From positions 1 to 28,605 of the forward strand of contig JAKAHI010000001.1 in assembly GCA_021815065.1 (NCBI GenBank): a DNA stretch of 28,605 nt, read 5' to 3'. The first letter of the stretch is position 1. Every line of letters begins with the position of its first letter. Source of the DNA: a bacterium (GTDB lineage Bacteria > JAMCPX01). The notes beneath the pieces were generated by a model. That model made no database searches. It saw only the letters and a list, made by a program, of their open reading frames with translations, and was not told where the DNA came from. The translations under genes were made by a program, and so were the position numbers. Positions 25,661-28,605 of this stretch are shown piece after piece.

Positions 25661-26013
25661 AAGATTTCAACATAAATCTTACGCAGGGACTGCCGGTAAT
25701 GACATTTGATATCGCAGATTCTATATGGAATAATATTTACATCAGTCTCACATTAAAGCAAGGTTCATTCTTTGCGGCGCCGGAATTCGGCTCGAAGCTA
25801 TACACGCTCAACAGAGCGAAGAACACGGTACGCACGGAGCAGAAAGTCAAAGATTATTGTAAGCAGGCACTCCAATGGCTGCTCGATACAAAACGGGCAT
25901 TGAGCATATCTATTGTTACGGAACGGCTGTCTGGACGCATAAACTTTGAAATATCCGTTACACAGGCAAACGGTGTGCCGGTGAGTTTTAGTAGCTTTGT
26001 GGAGGTCGTATAA
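25657..26013 (+). CDS. Baseplate wedge (Mu gp46-like)
   Basis: FGSKLYTLNRAK and YCKQALQWLLD motifs. Confidence 0.92.
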   Translation: MKDFNINLTQGLPVMTFDIADSIWNNIYISLTLKQGSFFAAPEFGSKLYTLNRAKNTVRTEQKVKDYCKQALQWLLDTKRALSISIVTERLSGRINFEISVTQANGVPVSFSSFVEVV

Positions 26014-26807
26014 TGGGCACTTCAACCCCCTTTTTACAAGACTTTGATACTATTTTAAATGGCATTTTAACGGACTGGCAAAACCAGTTTCCAGATGCGG
26101 ATACATCAAAAGGAAGTCTTATCTTTATAAAATCCGCGTGCCTTGCATCCGCGCTCTGGGGACTCTCGAAAAAAGATGACTGGGTTGCCAAACAGATCTT
26201 TCCGGACACGGCAGATTTTGACTATCTGATACGTCATGGCGCGGTTCGGGGATTACCTATCAAACCCGGGGAATTGCAATCGGATTACATCACAAGGTTA
26301 TTAGCCTATTTGCAACAGCCGCCGGCAGGAGGGAATGCCGCTGATTATATAACATGGGCAGAAGAGGTCGCAGGAGTGAAATCTGCGTATTGTGTGCCCA
26401 TGGGACAGGGATATGGGACTGTTGATATTATCATTGTCGCTGACCCGACTCTAAACGGAGGCTCAGAAATTCCAACTCAGGTTCTGCTGGATGCTGTGTT
26501 TGCCTTCATAGATCCTTTGCGGCCGGTAACCGCAAAATGGATACGTGTGCTTGCTGTAGTTTTATACAATGGTGCGAATACGGATGTGACTATGGCTACA
26601 ACCGGGAATTGTAACAAGATACAGACGCAGGCCGATATAACGTCGTATATGTCGGCGTTGACGCCGGGACAACCGTTATACCTTTCTCAACTTATCAATC
26701 TGGCTCTTAAAAACGGGGCAACAAACGCCACGATTTCTGCTCCGGCAGCCGATATAATACCGGACGCTTACCACATGGTGCGTCCAGGAGTGATAAATGT
26801 CACTTGA
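26013..26807 (+). CDS. Baseplate J-like (Mu gp47-like), short form (264 aa)
   Basis: QIFPDTAD, QPPAGGNAADYITWA and GYGTVDI motifs. Confidence 0.92.
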   Translation: MGTSTPFLQDFDTILNGILTDWQNQFPDADTSKGSLIFIKSACLASALWGLSKKDDWVAKQIFPDTADFDYLIRHGAVRGLPIKPGELQSDYITRLLAYLQQPPAGGNAADYITWAEEVAGVKSAYCVPMGQGYGTVDIIIVADPTLNGGSEIPTQVLLDAVFAFIDPLRPVTAKWIRVLAVVLYNGANTDVTMATTGNCNKIQTQADITSYMSALTPGQPLYLSQLINLALKNGATNATISAPAADIIPDAYHMVRPGVINVT

Positions 26808-27351
26808 TAATGCCGCTGTAATAAAATCATTGACGCCTTTGGAATTGGGGGCAGTGTCTGATGAGGATATTGTCCTCGAGGGGCAGGAACTCGACAATGA
26901 GGAGACCCGGCAAAACAATGTTTTGCAAGAAATATTTCCGGATACCAGCACACAAATGCTTGCATGGTGGGAGCGTGTGTATAGCCTCGCACCGGCCGCT
27001 GGTGCCACCGTACAACAAAGACAACAGGCAATCGTGCAGGCTATTCGGGCACAAGGCGGACTTTCGAGAGAGTATTTCATTTCTCTTGCGGCGGCACTTG
27101 GATACACCATCACCATCGAGGAGCTCCAACCCTTTATGGCCGGCATCGGGAGAGCAGGTGATACGCTTTATGTTCAGGATATAATATTTGTATGGCTTGT
27201 CACGGTAACAGCTATTCAACAGTATTATTTTCGTGCTGGACAATCGGCGGCGGGTGAACCGCTTGGAGCTCCTAATGAAAACACGATTATAACAGCGATA
27301 TTTATTAAATTAAAGCCAGCACATACGTATGTAATATTTCAATACACATAG
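26797..27351 (+). CDS. Baseplate protein (Mu gp48/DUF2313-like)
   Basis: WWERVYSL, GGLSREYFISLAAALGY and KLKPAHT motifs. Confidence 0.92.
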   Translation: MSLDNAAVIKSLTPLELGAVSDEDIVLEGQELDNEETRQNNVLQEIFPDTSTQMLAWWERVYSLAPAAGATVQQRQQAIVQAIRAQGGLSREYFISLAAALGYTITIEELQPFMAGIGRAGDTLYVQDIIFVWLVTVTAIQQYYFRAGQSAAGEPLGAPNENTIITAIFIKLKPAHTYVIFQYT

Positions 27352-27360
27352 GAGATAAAA

Positions 27361-28248
27361 ATGGCAAGAACAATATTCCAGGACGGAGATCCTGCAAATA
27401 ACGTATTAGGGACGATCGTTGATGCGGCATTCCTTAATTTGGTTTTTAACCACCAGCATGACGGTGTGAATAACGACGGACATGCACCAATTCTGCTGGA
27501 TAACATAGCCACAGTAAACGCTGCATACGCTGTCGGGGCGACCGATATGGTGTTGCTTGCTGATGCCACAGCCGCAGGGTTTACGATAACGATGCCAGAT
27601 GTTACAAATTTGCCGCAGGGAAGAAAATATCTGATTAAAAAGACGGATAACTCTCCGAATTTTATTACACTTGCGGCGTTTGGTGCACAAACTTTTGACA
27701 CCATGACTACTATTGTTTTAGCCGCTCAAAACGATATGGTGGTTTTAATGAGCGGAGGAGCTGGCTGGTTTGTTGTTAGTAATTTCTCAGCACCGGTTCA
27801 AAGAATAGTTGTTGCTGCTCCCACCACCTCTGTTTCATTTGCAGGTTTATCTATTGTAGCTGCACGTGGATATAGGCTGGAAGGGAAAATGTTAATCGGA
27901 GGTTCCGCTTGTGACTGTAGTTTACTTTTGAATAACGATCTAACAGCCACTGATTATTATCGGGAAATATGGACACCCGCTGGCGTTGCACAAGCAAACG
28001 ATGCAAAGATATGGACCGGTCTGGCCACAGCAGAAATAGCCTTTAAGATGGATATCGAACGTACACCATCTGGAGTTTTATGTGCCAATGGAAAAGAGTT
28101 TATATCAACAGCGGGAGCCGTAAATCTTGAGTTCTTTGCACATAAATTGAGCGCTGTTGCGGTAGATTTATCCCAGATCGAAATCATTACAACGGTTGCA
28201 AACATGATACTGGCTGGATCAGAATTCCGCTTATATAAGAGGCCATAG
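27361..28248 (+). CDS. Short tail fibre (295 aa)
   Basis: FQDGDPANNVLGTIVDAAFLN N-terminal anchor typical of Mu/P2-type fibres; last gene of the tail operon. Confidence 0.85.
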   Translation: MARTIFQDGDPANNVLGTIVDAAFLNLVFNHQHDGVNNDGHAPILLDNIATVNAAYAVGATDMVLLADATAAGFTITMPDVTNLPQGRKYLIKKTDNSPNFITLAAFGAQTFDTMTTIVLAAQNDMVVLMSGGAGWFVVSNFSAPVQRIVVAAPTTSVSFAGLSIVAARGYRLEGKMLIGGSACDCSLLLNNDLTATDYYREIWTPAGVAQANDAKIWTGLATAEIAFKMDIERTPSGVLCANGKEFISTAGAVNLEFFAHKLSAVAVDLSQIEIITTVANMILAGSEFRLYKRP

Positions 28249-28466
28249 AAACAAAAGAGTGTTGATGCCGGATAATTAGTTGTGTTGGAATTCTCGGGAC
28301 ATCATCAACCTTATCCGGCCGCTATAAGATTGGCAACCGGTCGACTCCCCCAAAATGGCTCAAATAAGCCGCTACAATAGTTTACATAATCTGACTTTAA
28401 GGCCTTTTGAATAGGCTTTTAAATCGTTGACATTTGCCAAAAACGTGGTACCTGTGGAAAACCCTA

Positions 28467-28510
28467 AAATACGCAAACTACTTGATCAAAATTCGCAAAC
28501 TGGATGATCA
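28467..28510. repeat. Two tandem 22-bp repeats, probable transposase sites R2/R1 with terminal CA
   Basis: aaatacgcaaactacttgatca (28467-28488) and aaattcgcaaactggatgatca (28489-28510), 18/22 identical; read inward the end starts with TG. Confidence 0.75.
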
Positions 28511-28605
28511 GTTATAGTATGTTTACCCCGTTAGAAACTCAGCAGATGATAATTTGTACGACAATAGATTGAAAATTTATTATAAAAACATTTGTATTAT
28601 TCTGA

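Larger units (their letters stand above)
1..28510. mobile_element. Mu-like transposable prophage with contractile tail (left part outside window)
   Basis: DDE transposase, Ner/CI switch, Mu-type gp27-gp31 head genes, gp36-gp48-like neck/tail/baseplate genes, and tandem 22-bp end repeats terminating in CA at 28509-28510. Confidence 0.93.

Noticed and set aside
26020-26033. cttcaaccccct match to repeat copy A
   Set aside because: Short, inside coding sequence, no hairpin partner.
27361-28605. DGR variable repeat or invertible fibre cassette
   Set aside because: No reverse transcriptase, template repeat, invertase or long inverted repeats seen.
1-28605. CRISPR array, tRNA/rRNA, intein or intron; also a head-less contractile injection system
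   Set aside because: No repeat-spacer series or RNA-gene signatures seen; terminase and portal are normal length; a full head module is present.

Overview
This window is most of a Mu-like (transposable) prophage with a contractile tail. The Mu-type DDE transposase is on the minus strand (1511 to <1, cut by the window edge and missing from the ORF track). Small early genes and a Ner/Cro-like gene precede it, with a divergent CI-type repressor and a membrane accessory gene after that. The packaging block (gp25/26-like, TerS, TerL, portal, an inserted membrane gene, MuF with a C-terminal nuclease-like extension, gpG) is on the minus strand. It diverges from a plus-strand late operon: protease/scaffold, decoration, major capsid, gp36, a relocated lysis cassette, a 3-gene beta-helix module, tail, baseplate and a short fibre. 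The right end probably falls at 28510 (two tandem 22-bp repeats ending in CA). The best leads are GC-rich palindromic repeats bracketing an inserted gene and the MuF toxin-like gene, a possible single-gene spanin ending in an outer-membrane beta-signal, the beta-helix module with a C-terminal anchor-like domain, a Cys-rich gene inserted in the baseplate operon, a 45-bp repeat shared by two early genes, and an SD-occluding hairpin in the late divergent control region. Family assignments are from motif recognition only; no searches were run.
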